DNA of 64,000 nucleotides from an uncultured Verrucomicrobiae bacterium (GCA_963806855.1 CAWDYW010000001.1:1344001-1408000); one strand, 5' to 3'. Positions 20,093-30,943 are shown, counted from the stretch's first letter. Program-made: numbers and translations. The notes: generated by a model from the sequence alone, not told the origin.

Positions 20093-21862
20093 ATGGTTCG
20101 GCTATTCAAACTCATCCCTTTCTTCATCCCGTTTGCCCTTATGGCTTCGACCATCCCTTATTCGGTCAGGATCGAGGGGGTAGAGGATGAAAAGACTCTG
20201 CGGGATCTGCGTAACTCCTCTCAGCTCATGAACTTGCGCAAGAAGCCTCCGAGCTCGATCAATTCTCTGAGGTTTCGGGCTGAATCGGATATCCCCGATC
20301 TGATCAAGATTTTGCATGCCCATGGGTATCTCGAAGCCCAGATCGATGTTCAATTTGAAAAGGAACCGGAAGAATATTATGTCGTTCTCTGGGTTAATCC
20401 TGGGCCGATTTATACGATTGAGCAGTATCACGTCACGTTACTGAGTGAGGGAAGCGAGATTGAAAACCAATGTGCGCCGCTGAGTTTAGCGCAGCTTGGG
20501 ATCGCGCTTGGTCAGCCGCTTGAGACGAATCGGGTCATCGAGAGTGAGCTGTCAGCGCTTCGAGTACTGGCTCAGTACGGCTACCCGCTGGCTGAAATTC
20601 AGGATCGGGAGATTATCGCCGATGGGAAGACGAAGCAGGTCCGGGTCCTTTTGACAATCGAGCTTGGCCCAATCGCCTATTTTGGCCCCACAACCATCGA
20701 AGGCAATTGCACTGTCCGCTCCTGTCTCATCGAGCAGCAAATCCAATGGAGCGAAAATGAGCGGTTTAATTGCTGTCTTGTCGAAGGGACGAGGGAAGCC
20801 TTGATGGACACGGGGCTGTTTAGCTCTGTCTACATCACCTATCCGAAGAGTGTCGATGAGGGGCCGATTTTGCCGATGAAAATCGAGGTGGCCGAGACGA
20901 AACATAAGAGCATCAGCGCCGGGATAAGTTACCAGACAACATTTGGCCCTGGAGCCACCATTGGCTGGGAAAATCGGAATGTGAGGGGCATGGGAAGACG
21001 ATTTACCTTTCAGGCCAATATTGCCCAGCGGATCCATTCGGGAATCGCGGCCTATCGGATCCCCCATTTTTATGGAATTGATCACAATTACACAATCCAA
21101 GCGGAAGCGGCTCACGAATCCATTAAGCCGTATCGGATGCAATCGTACAATCTCCTTAACCGATTTGATCGCCCTATCGGGTGCTATTTCTACTTTTCTG
21201 TGGCGGCTGAGCTCGAATATTTGATTGTTCGCGGTAGCGTCGACAACGGAAAGTTTTTCCTCGCCGAGGCACCAATTCATCTCCGCTGGACAAATGTGGA
21301 GGATTTTCTGAACCCGGCCAAGGGGGTTCGGCTCGACTATCGCGGCGCGCCTACTGTCAATCTCAAAAAAGGGTCTGAATTTTATTATTCGCAAGTCCTC
21401 ACTTTGAGCTCCTACTTGCCCCTTTGGAGAAATGAGGGGCTTATTCTCGCTCAAAAGCTGACCGTAGGGACGATTTTTAGCAATGGGCTCGACGCTGTTC
21501 CAGTTCCCAAGCGGTTTTTTGGAGGATCTGAGGAAAATTTACGGGGATATCGCTACTACACGGTCTCCCCATTGCGAAAACATGACAAGCCCATTGGAGG
21601 CAGATCGGCTATTTTCTATACGATTGAACCCCGTTTTCGCTTCAGGAATTGTTTTGGACTTGTCCCATTTTTTGATATCGGTAATGTATATTTAAAAGAG
21701 TGGCCCACTTTTGAGGGGAAGTGGCGCAAGTCGGTCGGGATCGGATTTCGTTATTTTTCCTTCATCGGTCCTTTGCGGCTCGATGTCGCCTTCCCCCTTG
21801 ATAGGCGTGAGGGAATCGATCCCCACTGGTGGGTATTCGTAAGTTTGGGGCAATCATTTTGA
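20093..21862 (+). CDS. tamA: Omp85/TamA-family outer membrane protein
   Basis: POTRA-like N-terminus, RFFGGSEENLRGY, GPLRLDVAFP, C-terminal SLGQSF; followed by tamB. Confidence 0.85.
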   Translation: MVRLFKLIPFFIPFALMASTIPYSVRIEGVEDEKTLRDLRNSSQLMNLRKKPPSSINSLRFRAESDIPDLIKILHAHGYLEAQIDVQFEKEPEEYYVVLWVNPGPIYTIEQYHVTLLSEGSEIENQCAPLSLAQLGIALGQPLETNRVIESELSALRVLAQYGYPLAEIQDREIIADGKTKQVRVLLTIELGPIAYFGPTTIEGNCTVRSCLIEQQIQWSENERFNCCLVEGTREALMDTGLFSSVYITYPKSVDEGPILPMKIEVAETKHKSISAGISYQTTFGPGATIGWENRNVRGMGRRFTFQANIAQRIHSGIAAYRIPHFYGIDHNYTIQAEAAHESIKPYRMQSYNLLNRFDRPIGCYFYFSVAAELEYLIVRGSVDNGKFFLAEAPIHLRWTNVEDFLNPAKGVRLDYRGAPTVNLKKGSEFYYSQVLTLSSYLPLWRNEGLILAQKLTVGTIFSNGLDAVPVPKRFFGGSEENLRGYRYYTVSPLRKHDKPIGGRSAIFYTIEPRFRFRNCFGLVPFFDIGNVYLKEWPTFEGKWRKSVGIGFRYFSFIGPLRLDVAFPLDRREGIDPHWWVFVSLGQSF

Positions 21863-24837
21863 AGTGGATCGTCAGAGTTTTTCTTAGCCTCCTTGTTCTC
21901 CTCATGGGTGTGGTCTTCATCATGCAGACTCCATTTGCAAAGGAGCTGGCCAAAAATACCCTCATCACGCTTGCTCATGAAAAGGGGATTGAACTTCGGT
22001 TAAGAAAAATCGATGGAGTCCTCCCTTTTGAATGGAAGCTTAAAGATGTAAAATGCCGCTATAAAGGAGAGGAGATCTCTGCAGATGAGCTCAAATTTCG
22101 GCTCGCCCTTTTGCCCCTTTTTCAACAAGAATTGGAAGTGAGTTATCTCAAAATCCACGAGGGGCGCTTTCGAAATGTTCCATTTGCCGCTACCGCAAAG
22201 GGCAAGCTCGACCTCAGCGGGAATAACACAATTAAAATCTCCAATTTTCTCATCGAGGGAGAAAATCTCTTTGTCCGTCTAGAAGGAAAAATCAACCCCG
22301 ATCTTACGATCAAACAAGGAAATTTAGCTTTTTATCTCCCCAATCTCTCCCTCTTTAGCCAGACGATTTCTCAGGGCTCTGCGATGGGAATGGGGAAAAT
22401 CACCAAGGAAAGCGCCAAACTCGAGTGTTTTATTGAAAATCTGCAGATAGGCAAGATCCCCGTTGCCTACTCGGTACTGACGCTCGACGCGACACGGGAG
22501 CAGGAGCTGTGGGAAGGAAGTGCGGGCTTAAGAAGCGGACATCCCGAAATTCCAATGCAAGGGCAGTGCCATTTTTCATGGGGAAAGGAGCTGCTCATTG
22601 ATGAGATTCAAATTAAGAGCCCTGAACTTAAGCTATCGGGGAACCTCAACCTAAACAAGCTCGAGGGGCAGCTTCTAGCCAAATGTGCCGATCTACGCAC
22701 TCTCCAGCCTCTTTTTCCCAATTGCTATATCAAAGGGTCTCTCGACTCTGAGCTGAAGCTCAATAATAAAAATCTCGAATGTCGGGTAGACCTTAAGAAT
22801 TTTGCCCTTGCCGATACGTTAGGTCAGTCTCTCTCAATCAAAAGCCGATTCAATGAGTCAATGCAAGGGAGCCTCGAGATCACGGGCTCCTCGATCATCC
22901 ACGAGAAAATGCGATTAGATCAAGTCCACTTTAAATCCATAGTTGATCCTGAGCACTCTCCCTTTGAATTAGCGATTAAAGGGACCTGGGAGGATCCGCT
23001 CGAGTTCCGGGGTTCTGGCAGCCTCCAAATGCAACCGAATGGTCTGCTCTGCAACATCGAGGCAATCGATGGGTTTGCCCTCAAGCGGTCGATTTCTCTC
23101 CAAACACCTTTTTCTATCGATTGGACGACGGAGCACTTCAAAATGAGCAATCTGTCGATGGATATCGGCTATGGTCACCTCCTTTCTCGAATCAACTTAG
23201 ATAAGACCAGCACAGAGATCAAGATTAATGCCCGTGAGATGCCTCTAGAGTTCATCCCGATCTTTTACAAACACTTCTCCTTGGCCGGGACAAGCTCTTT
23301 CGATATCGATCTTGTCGCGAAGGAAAACGGTATCCAGGGCACTTGCAATGTCGCGTTGGAGCGGGCTCATTTCCTATCCGAAGGGCTTAAGGAGCCCTAC
23401 ACGACGAAAGGCTCACTCCAAATTCATCTCAGCGGAAGCACACTCCAAGTTCACGCCGATCTGAAGGCCAAAGACAAGCAGTTCATCAATTTAATCGGCA
23501 GCTTCCCCATCCACCTGCAACACTTCCCCTTTAAAATCAGCCTCGACACCGATCGCCCTTTTTCTTCGCAACTGACTGCGGAAGGCAAATTGGAAGACCT
23601 TTTCAATTTCATCAATGTGGGTCAAAATAGAATCGAGGGGTGGGTCTCAACGCAGCTGCACGGCTCGAAGACGCTGAGAGAACCATCGCTTCAAGGATCA
23701 TTCGAACTTCAAGATGGCCTCTATGAGAATTATACCTCTGGCACCTGTCTAAAACAAATCTCTGCCAAAGGAGTCGCCGATAATAAAATGATCCGACTCA
23801 CCAACCTGCAGGCTAACGACGGCGATAAGGGCTCATTTACAGCCGAAGGGTACCTCGAGCTGAAGCCGCTTGACCACTTCCCATTTTCCTTTACAGCAGA
23901 CATCCACGATTTCAATGTTCTCTCGTTTGAGATGTTGACGGGCACCTGTTCTGGTGACGTGACCTTAAGCGGCAATCGCTTGGGAGCCTTGGCTAAGGGC
24001 AAGATCAAAGTCCACGGTGCCACTTTCCGCATTCCCGATCAGATGCCGGCGATCTTCCTGCAGCTTCCGATCCGCTTCGTCAACCTTCCGGAAAAAGTGA
24101 TCACCACTCAGATCGTCCCCAAGTCGGCCTTCCCGCTTGAGCTCGATATCGAAGTCCATGTCCCCAAAGAGGGGCGGGTCGAGGGGCGCGGCCTCAATGC
24201 AGAACTAAAAGGAAGAGTCCACCTCACCGGCACTTCTAAAAACGTGAGCACCCAAGGAAAATTGCAGCTGGTCTCGGGGGAATACATCTTCTCGGGCAAA
24301 GTCTTCAAGCTGACCAAAGGAGAGGTCATTTTTAGCGATAAGTCGATCAAAAACGCCTACATCTCTTTCAGTGGCAACTGCGATCTGCCCGAAGTCAATG
24401 TCACCGTGATGCTCGAGGGGCCCCTCACCTCCCCTAAACTCAGCTTCCAATCGAGCCCCCAACTGTCCACAAGCTCACTCCTCTCCCAAATCTTGTTCAA
24501 TAAAGACATCTCCGAAATTTCTGCCATCCAAGCGCTCCAAGTCGCCCAAACAATCATCTCCCTCTCTGGCAACTCTGGGCCGGACATCCTCGAGAAGATC
24601 CGCAAGACCATCGGGATCGATCGACTCACCCTGGTCACTTCCGAAAACGACCCAGGCAAAATCTCACTTCAAATCGGCAAATACCTGATGCGCGGCGTCC
24701 TGCTCACCCTCTCACAAGGGGCCGAGAGCCGCAACGTCTCGGTGGAAATCGACCTGCGCAAAGGGATAAAGTTCCAAGCCGAATTCAATGAAGAGCAGCA
24801 GGGTAAGTTCTCTTTGAAGTGGCACCACCACTATTAA
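21859..24837 (+). CDS. tamB: Translocation/assembly module TamB
   Basis: N-terminal TM anchor, long beta-rich body, DUF490-like C-terminus (GRGLNAEL, LSFQSSPQL..LSQILF, IGKYL). Confidence 0.82.
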   Translation: MKWIVRVFLSLLVLLMGVVFIMQTPFAKELAKNTLITLAHEKGIELRLRKIDGVLPFEWKLKDVKCRYKGEEISADELKFRLALLPLFQQELEVSYLKIHEGRFRNVPFAATAKGKLDLSGNNTIKISNFLIEGENLFVRLEGKINPDLTIKQGNLAFYLPNLSLFSQTISQGSAMGMGKITKESAKLECFIENLQIGKIPVAYSVLTLDATREQELWEGSAGLRSGHPEIPMQGQCHFSWGKELLIDEIQIKSPELKLSGNLNLNKLEGQLLAKCADLRTLQPLFPNCYIKGSLDSELKLNNKNLECRVDLKNFALADTLGQSLSIKSRFNESMQGSLEITGSSIIHEKMRLDQVHFKSIVDPEHSPFELAIKGTWEDPLEFRGSGSLQMQPNGLLCNIEAIDGFALKRSISLQTPFSIDWTTEHFKMSNLSMDIGYGHLLSRINLDKTSTEIKINAREMPLEFIPIFYKHFSLAGTSSFDIDLVAKENGIQGTCNVALERAHFLSEGLKEPYTTKGSLQIHLSGSTLQVHADLKAKDKQFINLIGSFPIHLQHFPFKISLDTDRPFSSQLTAEGKLEDLFNFINVGQNRIEGWVSTQLHGSKTLREPSLQGSFELQDGLYENYTSGTCLKQISAKGVADNKMIRLTNLQANDGDKGSFTAEGYLELKPLDHFPFSFTADIHDFNVLSFEMLTGTCSGDVTLSGNRLGALAKGKIKVHGATFRIPDQMPAIFLQLPIRFVNLPEKVITTQIVPKSAFPLELDIEVHVPKEGRVEGRGLNAELKGRVHLTGTSKNVSTQGKLQLVSGEYIFSGKVFKLTKGEVIFSDKSIKNAYISFSGNCDLPEVNVTVMLEGPLTSPKLSFQSSPQLSTSSLLSQILFNKDISEISAIQALQVAQTIISLSGNSGPDILEKIRKTIGIDRLTLVTSENDPGKISLQIGKYLMRGVLLTLSQGAESRNVSVEIDLRKGIKFQAEFNEEQQGKFSLKWHHHY

Positions 24838-24931
24838 TTCGTGCCCGTGTGCGTGCCCGTGCCCGATTTTTTTTGCAGTCGGGAGAAATCCCCGCTGCCC
24901 CATCGGGCACGCATACGGGCACGGGCACGAA
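24838..24931. repeat. GTGCCC-hexamer inverted repeat
   Basis: ttcgtgcccgtgtgcgtgcccgtgcccgat...atcgggcacgcatacgggcacgggcacgaa. Confidence 0.85.
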
Positions 24932-24998
24932 ATATTGTTGCAAAAATTTCCTCTACTGAATAAACTAGATCTGCGGCCAAGTAATCAAGGAGCGTAAA

Positions 24999-25481
24999 AT
25001 GGATACAATTGGATACAACCCATCTATAGACTGGCTTAACGCGTATGGAGCGTACGAAGCTGACACTCACAACACGATCAACAACCAAAATAAAAAAGTG
25101 AGTGGACACATCAACCATATGGAGAAGCTACAGCAGTTTTTAACTATGGCTACAGAGCGGACAAAGGATTCCAACCGCTTGGATATGTCACGTCCAGAAG
25201 ACCAAGATCTACTCGCTGAACTACTGACTTATGGCGGTACGGAGCACATTTTCCCCCATGGCAAGACCGAGTGGAAAGAGAAAGAACTCGAGCATCTGCA
25301 TGAAAAAATTAATCAGCACATCCAGGGACCTTTGCAGAGGCAAGTCAATAGTGGAACTGAAGAGATGGTTCTGCTGCAGCACGAATTGACCAAAGCGCTT
25401 GATCTATTTAAAAATGGGTTGAAGAATAATACAGACTTAATTACCTCGATCAACCGCAGAATCCAATCGGCCCATTCATGA
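24999..25481 (+). CDS. Hypothetical helical protein heading a T3SS translocator-like operon
   Basis: AAGGAG RBS; TTGCAA-17-TAAACT at 24938-24966; ATGA overlap with the chaperone gene. Confidence 0.7.
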   Translation: MDTIGYNPSIDWLNAYGAYEADTHNTINNQNKKVSGHINHMEKLQQFLTMATERTKDSNRLDMSRPEDQDLLAELLTYGGTEHIFPHGKTEWKEKELEHLHEKINQHIQGPLQRQVNSGTEEMVLLQHELTKALDLFKNGLKNNTDLITSINRRIQSAHS

Positions 25482-25906
25482 CCTTCATCGATTCGTTAAA
25501 AGCATTGGGTTTTGAAGGGGAATTGAAACCCCTATCTCTGCAAGAGCGCGAGACGGTCTATGCAGCTGCCTATGGGATGTATGAAGTGGGCGATTATGAG
25601 CGCTCTGCTGGTCTTTTCACCCAATTAATCTTGAACGAACCCTTTGAACTCCGCTTTTGGAAAGGGCTCGCCTCTTCCCGTCAGATGAACCGGGAGTACA
25701 AGGCTGCCCTCCATGCGTGGAGCATCGTCTGTCTAATGGGCGGACAGCAGCCGATTTCCCATTTCCATGCAGCTGAATGTTATTTGTCTATTGGAGAGCT
25801 AAAAGAGGCGGCCAAAGCGCTCCAATGTGCCCAATTTTTTCTCCCAGATTCCGATCCTTTAAGTTCTAAAATCGAAGAATTAAAAAAGGTGGTCGGCAAT
25901 GGTTAA
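25478..25906 (+). CDS. SycD/LcrH-family class II T3SS chaperone (TPR)
   Basis: VYAAAYGMYEVGDYERSAGLFTQL...FWKGLAS...FHAAECYLSIGE. Confidence 0.88.
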   Translation: MTFIDSLKALGFEGELKPLSLQERETVYAAAYGMYEVGDYERSAGLFTQLILNEPFELRFWKGLASSRQMNREYKAALHAWSIVCLMGGQQPISHFHAAECYLSIGELKEAAKALQCAQFFLPDSDPLSSKIEELKKVVGNG

Positions 25907-26819
25907 CCGAACTGAAAGGATTGCCTCGACACGCGCTATCCCACCTGTTGCTGCGCCAAGACACAGAGTTGACCACACGCACAGTCATTTTTCGACGATC
26001 AGCAAATCCAAATCGGTCGTCCCCCCTTATATCGCCTCCAAGCCGATTCTCGATCCTCCTCCCCCACCTTTTTGGTCAATGATTGGACAAGTGAGCCGTC
26101 TTGAAGATGCTGCCTATAAATTCACCGTCCAGAAAGAGCAGCGGATCGACAGCATCTTCGACCAGATCAAACGTCTGCAGCTGGAAGAGGGGCTTAAGCT
26201 AGAAGAGGCCTACGCCGCATCGGAAGATGTGACCTTTTGGAGCTTTCTATACGATGTGAGCACTGCCCTCATGAGCTCGGTCTCTTTTTTCTTTGGGTTT
26301 GCCGCCGTCTCCTCTGGAGGGACAGCTGTAGGTGCTGCCTTAATTGCGTCGGGAGTCCTATCGCTAACGAATATCGCCTTCAAGCATGCCCAAGTCTGGG
26401 ATTGGATCGCCGATCAAGTTTCAAATGGCGATCAAGAGGTGCGCCAAGCGGTAAAGACCTACCTTCCGGTCGGAGTCGGAATCGTCGCTGCAGCGATGGG
26501 TGTCTACGGCGCCTATGCAGCTTGGACCTATCCCCAATTACAAGGAACTTCCAAAGCGCTTGCCATCCTAGAAACGATTGCCGGAGTGGCCCAAGGGGTC
26601 ACTACATGGGGCAATGGACAGGCAGCCCGACGATTTAAATTGACCAGCGCTGAAGTTTCTGCTTTGCAATCAAAAGGGGAATTAACTACACTTGAACTCG
26701 AAATTGTAATTGACGATATAAAAAAAATTCAAAAAGACTTGGGTGCAATTCAGGAGCTGGTAGGAAGATTAGTCCAAGATACCTCCCATTCCATCCAATC
26801 GATACAACAACCTGTTTAG
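25899..26819 (+). CDS. CopB/SctE-like major translocator
   Basis: Pro-rich N-terminus (PILDPP, chaperone-binding-like), two hydrophobic regions, C-terminal coiled coil; follows the SycD-like gene. Confidence 0.65.
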   Translation: MVNRTERIASTRAIPPVAAPRHRVDHTHSHFSTISKSKSVVPPYIASKPILDPPPPPFWSMIGQVSRLEDAAYKFTVQKEQRIDSIFDQIKRLQLEEGLKLEEAYAASEDVTFWSFLYDVSTALMSSVSFFFGFAAVSSGGTAVGAALIASGVLSLTNIAFKHAQVWDWIADQVSNGDQEVRQAVKTYLPVGVGIVAAAMGVYGAYAAWTYPQLQGTSKALAILETIAGVAQGVTTWGNGQAARRFKLTSAEVSALQSKGELTTLELEIVIDDIKKIQKDLGAIQELVGRLVQDTSHSIQSIQQPV

Positions 26820-26830
26820 AGGATAAAAAT

Positions 26831-27517
26831 ATGACTAGTGGAATTCAAGCAATCGATCTGACCAGAATTGATGGGATTAATACAATTGGTCCTGTAGATC
26901 CCGATATCCTTCAGCAAGCTGAAAGAAGACAACAAATAGCCGACCGTTTTATCTCTTCAGAATCGCTTGAAGATGATAACTATCTAAAAGGCGTTAATTC
27001 GGATATTAACACTCAAGCAATCGCTATAATCGATAAGATTTGCGAACATCAGGGGCAAAAAACCCTAAGTCGGTTGATCTTTGAACTTGTTTCGCGAGTC
27101 TCTGCTGTCGCGGAATCGCACATTCTCCATACAAGAAATCGAAATCGGAATCGCAAAGATAAGATTGATGGGAAAGTGGAGGATCAAAAATCGAACAAAA
27201 ATTGGCAGGCAGTGGCCCATGGTGCTGAGGCTTTCCTCGGTGGATTCTTAAGCTTAGCCGGGGCCCTTCCTATCCCAGTTGCCGATCTTTGTAGGGTGCT
27301 TTCAAGTTTTCCTAGACCTGCCATGGCCATGGTCATTAGTAATTTGGAAGGAAAAAATGTCGAACCGCAGCACGAGTCTTCTCTCTACCTCCAAGAAGTA
27401 CAGTCAGCGAAGCAGGCTATCGAATCGCTCAAGCAACTCCCCGAGCAGCTACGCAACCTGATTCTCGAGTTGATGAGACTTGAATTGCGCGCAATTGAAG
27501 GTATTTCCCAACGTTAG
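26831..27517 (+). CDS. CopD/SctB-like minor translocator candidate
   Basis: One hydrophobic segment, helical C-terminus, last in the operon. Confidence 0.5.
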   Translation: MTSGIQAIDLTRIDGINTIGPVDPDILQQAERRQQIADRFISSESLEDDNYLKGVNSDINTQAIAIIDKICEHQGQKTLSRLIFELVSRVSAVAESHILHTRNRNRNRKDKIDGKVEDQKSNKNWQAVAHGAEAFLGGFLSLAGALPIPVADLCRVLSSFPRPAMAMVISNLEGKNVEPQHESSLYLQEVQSAKQAIESLKQLPEQLRNLILELMRLELRAIEGISQR

Positions 27518-27689
27518 AGACCTCGTGCATAACTTAGGGTTCGTCGATTTTCGGGATTATTTTGGCCGCTTTTCGATTCAAATTCGGGGGGTCATATGCG
27601 TGAGCCTGATATTACCCCCCGAATTTGAATCGAAAATCGGCTCAAAAGAACCCGAAAATCGACTGAACCTAAATTATGCAAGAGGTCTA
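27517..27689. mobile_element. About 170-bp palindromic MITE (RPE-like ends)
   Basis: agacctcgtgcataacttagg...cctaaattatgcaagaggtct with about 80-bp imperfect arms. Confidence 0.75.
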
Positions 27690-27727
27690 TTTGCTAGGAA
27701 AGGCTCTTTTCGCTAGAGTGAGAAGTT

Positions 27728-28561
27728 ATGGAACCAAGCGAAGAGACAATTCCCCGTAGCCAAGTGATTGAACAGTGGGTCAGCCGCTTCAAACTCACTT
27801 TTTTAGTCTCCATCGGCGAGTATGCCCAACTGCTCGTCGATACGGTCAAAGCGACCCTCTGGCGCCCCCCAAAACTCCATCTAATTCTCAAGCAAATGTA
27901 CAACATCGGAGTCGGGTCGCTCGCGGTCGTCGCCATCACCGGATTCTTCACGGGGCTTGTTCTCGCCGCCCAATCGTTCTACCAGCTTTCGGGCAAAGGA
28001 CTCAGCGGCATCACCGGCCTGATGGTCGGCAAAGCGATGATGACCGAACTGGGGCCAGTGCTCACTGCTTTCATGGTGACAGGACGGGTCGGAGCGGCGA
28101 TGTGCGCTGAGCTGGGGACCATGCGGGTGACCGAGCAAATCGACGCGCTAAAAACGATGGCAGTCAATCCCAACCGCTATCTGGTTGCGCCGCGCCTGAT
28201 CGCCGGGGTGTTTATGATGCCTCTGCTCACCCTATTTAGCACCGTGATGGGGATTTTTGGCGGCTATCTGATTTCGACTTTCTTCTTCGGGATGGCCCCT
28301 TCGGCCTATTTTGACCCGATTCCGATCCATATCAGCATCTTCGACTTCTTCTCTGGCAGCGCCAAAGCCTTTTTCTTTGGGGTGATGATCATGACTATCT
28401 CCTGCTATAAGGGGATGAACACAACCGGCGGTGCAGAAGGGGTGGGCAGAACGACGACACAGAGCGTGGTGATCTGCTATATCGCCATTTTGTTCAGCAA
28501 TTTCTTTCTGACGATGACGCTCAACTTGATCCGTCCCCACATCGTGAGGTTGCTCACTTGA
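27728..28561 (+). CDS. mlaE: MlaE-family ABC permease
   Basis: ELGPVLTA, GRVGAAMCAELGTMRVTEQIDAL, GGAEGVGRTTT. Confidence 0.93.
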   Translation: MEPSEETIPRSQVIEQWVSRFKLTFLVSIGEYAQLLVDTVKATLWRPPKLHLILKQMYNIGVGSLAVVAITGFFTGLVLAAQSFYQLSGKGLSGITGLMVGKAMMTELGPVLTAFMVTGRVGAAMCAELGTMRVTEQIDALKTMAVNPNRYLVAPRLIAGVFMMPLLTLFSTVMGIFGGYLISTFFFGMAPSAYFDPIPIHISIFDFFSGSAKAFFFGVMIMTISCYKGMNTTGGAEGVGRTTTQSVVICYIAILFSNFFLTMTLNLIRPHIVRLLT

Positions 28562-29304
28562 TTAAGATTCGAAGCCTCTGTAAACGGTTTAAGACTCAGA
28601 AGGTCCTGAAAGGACTCAATCTTGATATCCATGAAGGGGAAACGCTGGTGATCCTCGGCCCATCTGGGGGTGGCAAGAGTGTTTTGCTCAAGCATATCAT
28701 CGGCATCTCCAAGCCCGATCAAGGCTTTGTCGAAATCAACGGGGTCAATATCACCGAATTATCGGGGCCTGACCTCTTCCGGGCTGTCAAACGGATGGGG
28801 ATGCTCTTCCAGGGGGCTGCCCTCTTCGACTCGATGACCATTGCGGAGAATACCGGTTTCTATTTAACCGAACATGACGATCCCGAGACCGGCCACAAAA
28901 TCTCCAAGAAAGAGATCGCAGACCGGGTCGACGAAGCGCTCAAAATGGTCGGACTCGATGGGACGCAGAATAAGATGCCAGGCGAGCTGTCGGGAGGAAT
29001 GCGCAAACGGGCGGGACTGGCCCGTCTGATCGTCTACCGTCCACAGATCCTCCTCTATGATGAGCCGACCACAGGACTCGATCCAATTACCGCACAGCAA
29101 ATCAATGAACTCATCGTCGAAACTCAGCACAAATTGAAAGCCACCAGCATCGTCGTCACCCACGATCTCTCCTCCGCCCTCTATGTCGGCGATCGGCTAG
29201 CCCTCATGAGAAATGGTCAAATTGTCCATGTTGGAGAGCCGAATAACTTTATAAAAATGGAAGATCCGATTATTGATTGTTTAAGGAAGGTCATAAATAA
29301 ATGA
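28558..29304 (+). CDS. mlaF: MlaF-family ABC ATPase
   Basis: GPSGGGKS, LSGGMRKR, YDEPTTGLDP. Confidence 0.93.
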   Translation: MIKIRSLCKRFKTQKVLKGLNLDIHEGETLVILGPSGGGKSVLLKHIIGISKPDQGFVEINGVNITELSGPDLFRAVKRMGMLFQGAALFDSMTIAENTGFYLTEHDDPETGHKISKKEIADRVDEALKMVGLDGTQNKMPGELSGGMRKRAGLARLIVYRPQILLYDEPTTGLDPITAQQINELIVETQHKLKATSIVVTHDLSSALYVGDRLALMRNGQIVHVGEPNNFIKMEDPIIDCLRKVINK

Positions 29305-30368
29305 ATACCACCATTAAAAACCTCATCGTCGGGATTTTTATCCTCTGTGCCATCTCGATCTCGGTCGTGACGATCATGTTTCTGAAACCGACCGTCGGCG
29401 ATGGCAAACAGACCATCTATGTCTGCTTTTCCGATATCGGCAGCATCCGCGAAGGAACCCGCGTCCTCTTTGCTGGAAGACCAGTTGGAGAAGTGGTGGC
29501 GATCACCCAAATCGAAGACGCTAGGGCTCACCCAACCGACGGACTTGGCCGGATCTATTCCTACCAGCTGACCCTCCACATCGACTCCAAAACCAAAGTC
29601 TACAATACAGATGAGATCTCGATGCAGACCTCTGGCCTCCTAGGAGAAAAGTCCATCGGGATCACCCCCAAAGCCCCTCTGCACGGCGTCACTCCTAAAC
29701 TGATCACCGACAAGCCAATCTATGCCGATTCGGTCGATAGCATCCAAAACGCCCTCATCGAATTCTCCGATCTCTCCGCCTCGATGGACGAGACCCTCAA
29801 AGGGATCTCCGGCTGGATCAAAGGACATGGAGAAGATCTCGCGACGACGATTAAGGCAGCTGGAAACGCCCTTGATCAGGCCCACGTTGCCATCGCGCAG
29901 CTCAACGAAAATGGCTCCTTTCAAAATCTTGGATCGGTCATGGAAAGCCTCAAAACCGTCTCTAACACCATTTCTCAAGGCGATGGCACCCTAGGAAAGA
30001 TCCTCGTCGGCGATGACCTCTATCTGCAAGCGAATGCCATCATGAGCAAAGCCGACAGCCTGATGAACGATGTGAACCATTATGGAGTGCTCTTTCACCT
30101 CAACAAACAATGGCAACGGACCCGCCTGCAGAAAGTGACCCAACTCAACGCCTTGCAGACACCCCAAAATTTCCGCACCTATTTTCAGACCGAGATCGAC
30201 GATGTCAACGCCTCGATGGCCCGCATCTCGATGCTGATCAACAAAGCCGAAAGCACCCAGATTTTCCAAGAGGCCCAGTTCAAAAAGGATTTCGCCGAGC
30301 TCCTGCGCAAATCAGACGAACTCTGTGAAAACTTGCGCCTCTATAATCAACAACTTAACAAGCCGTAG
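29301..30368 (+). CDS. mlaD: MlaD/MCE-family protein
   Basis: TM anchor, [26 protein letters not shown]. Confidence 0.88.
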   Translation: MNTTIKNLIVGIFILCAISISVVTIMFLKPTVGDGKQTIYVCFSDIGSIREGTRVLFAGRPVGEVVAITQIEDARAHPTDGLGRIYSYQLTLHIDSKTKVYNTDEISMQTSGLLGEKSIGITPKAPLHGVTPKLITDKPIYADSVDSIQNALIEFSDLSASMDETLKGISGWIKGHGEDLATTIKAAGNALDQAHVAIAQLNENGSFQNLGSVMESLKTVSNTISQGDGTLGKILVGDDLYLQANAIMSKADSLMNDVNHYGVLFHLNKQWQRTRLQKVTQLNALQTPQNFRTYFQTEIDDVNASMARISMLINKAESTQIFQEAQFKKDFAELLRKSDELCENLRLYNQQLNKP

Positions 30369-30373
30369 AAGAC

Positions 30374-30943
30374 ATGGAACAGCCACCCTATTCAGAACTC
30401 TCCAAAGGAAGTTTTCTCATCGCCAGTCCCGAGATCGACGCAGGGATCTATTTCCGCAGCGTCATCCTCATTTGCGAGCACACCCCCAGCGGGTCCTTCG
30501 GACTCATCATCAATAAGCCAGTCAGCATCGACCTGCCCGAAGATCTGATCAACCTGAAAAACCAAGCCAACCCCCACGTCGGCATCCGCGCCGGCGGCCC
30601 CAACCAGCCCAACCAGATGATGCTGCTCCACTCCTCCGAAGCGCTCGCTGAACAGGCCCTCAAAATCTGCGACGGAGTCTACCTCGGCGGCGACATCCAG
30701 TTCCTCCAGCAAGCGATTAACGATTCCAGCGGTCCCAACCTACTCCTCTGCTTCGGCTTCACTGGCTGGGAGTCGGGCCAACTCGAGCGGGAATTCCTCA
30801 GCGGCAACTGGTTCCTCGCCCCCGGATCTGCCCGCCATGTCTTCGAAACCCCACCCGAAAAAGTGTGGCAAAGCGTCCTCCGCGAGCTCGGGGGCAAATA
30901 CGCCACCCTCTCAATGATCCCCGAGGATCTGAGTCTCAATTAG
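30374..30943 (+). CDS. YqgE/AlgH (UPF0301) protein
   Basis: [36 protein letters not shown]. Confidence 0.92.
   Translation: MEQPPYSELSKGSFLIASPEIDAGIYFRSVILICEHTPSGSFGLIINKPVSIDLPEDLINLKNQANPHVGIRAGGPNQPNQMMLLHSSEALAEQALKICDGVYLGGDIQFLQQAINDSSGPNLLLCFGFTGWESGQLEREFLSGNWFLAPGSARHVFETPPEKVWQSVLRELGGKYATLSMIPEDLSLN

Noticed and set aside
20552..21454. 300-aa antisense ORF within tamA and the many other shadow ORFs
   Set aside because: They overlap well-supported genes on the opposite strand or another frame and have no motifs
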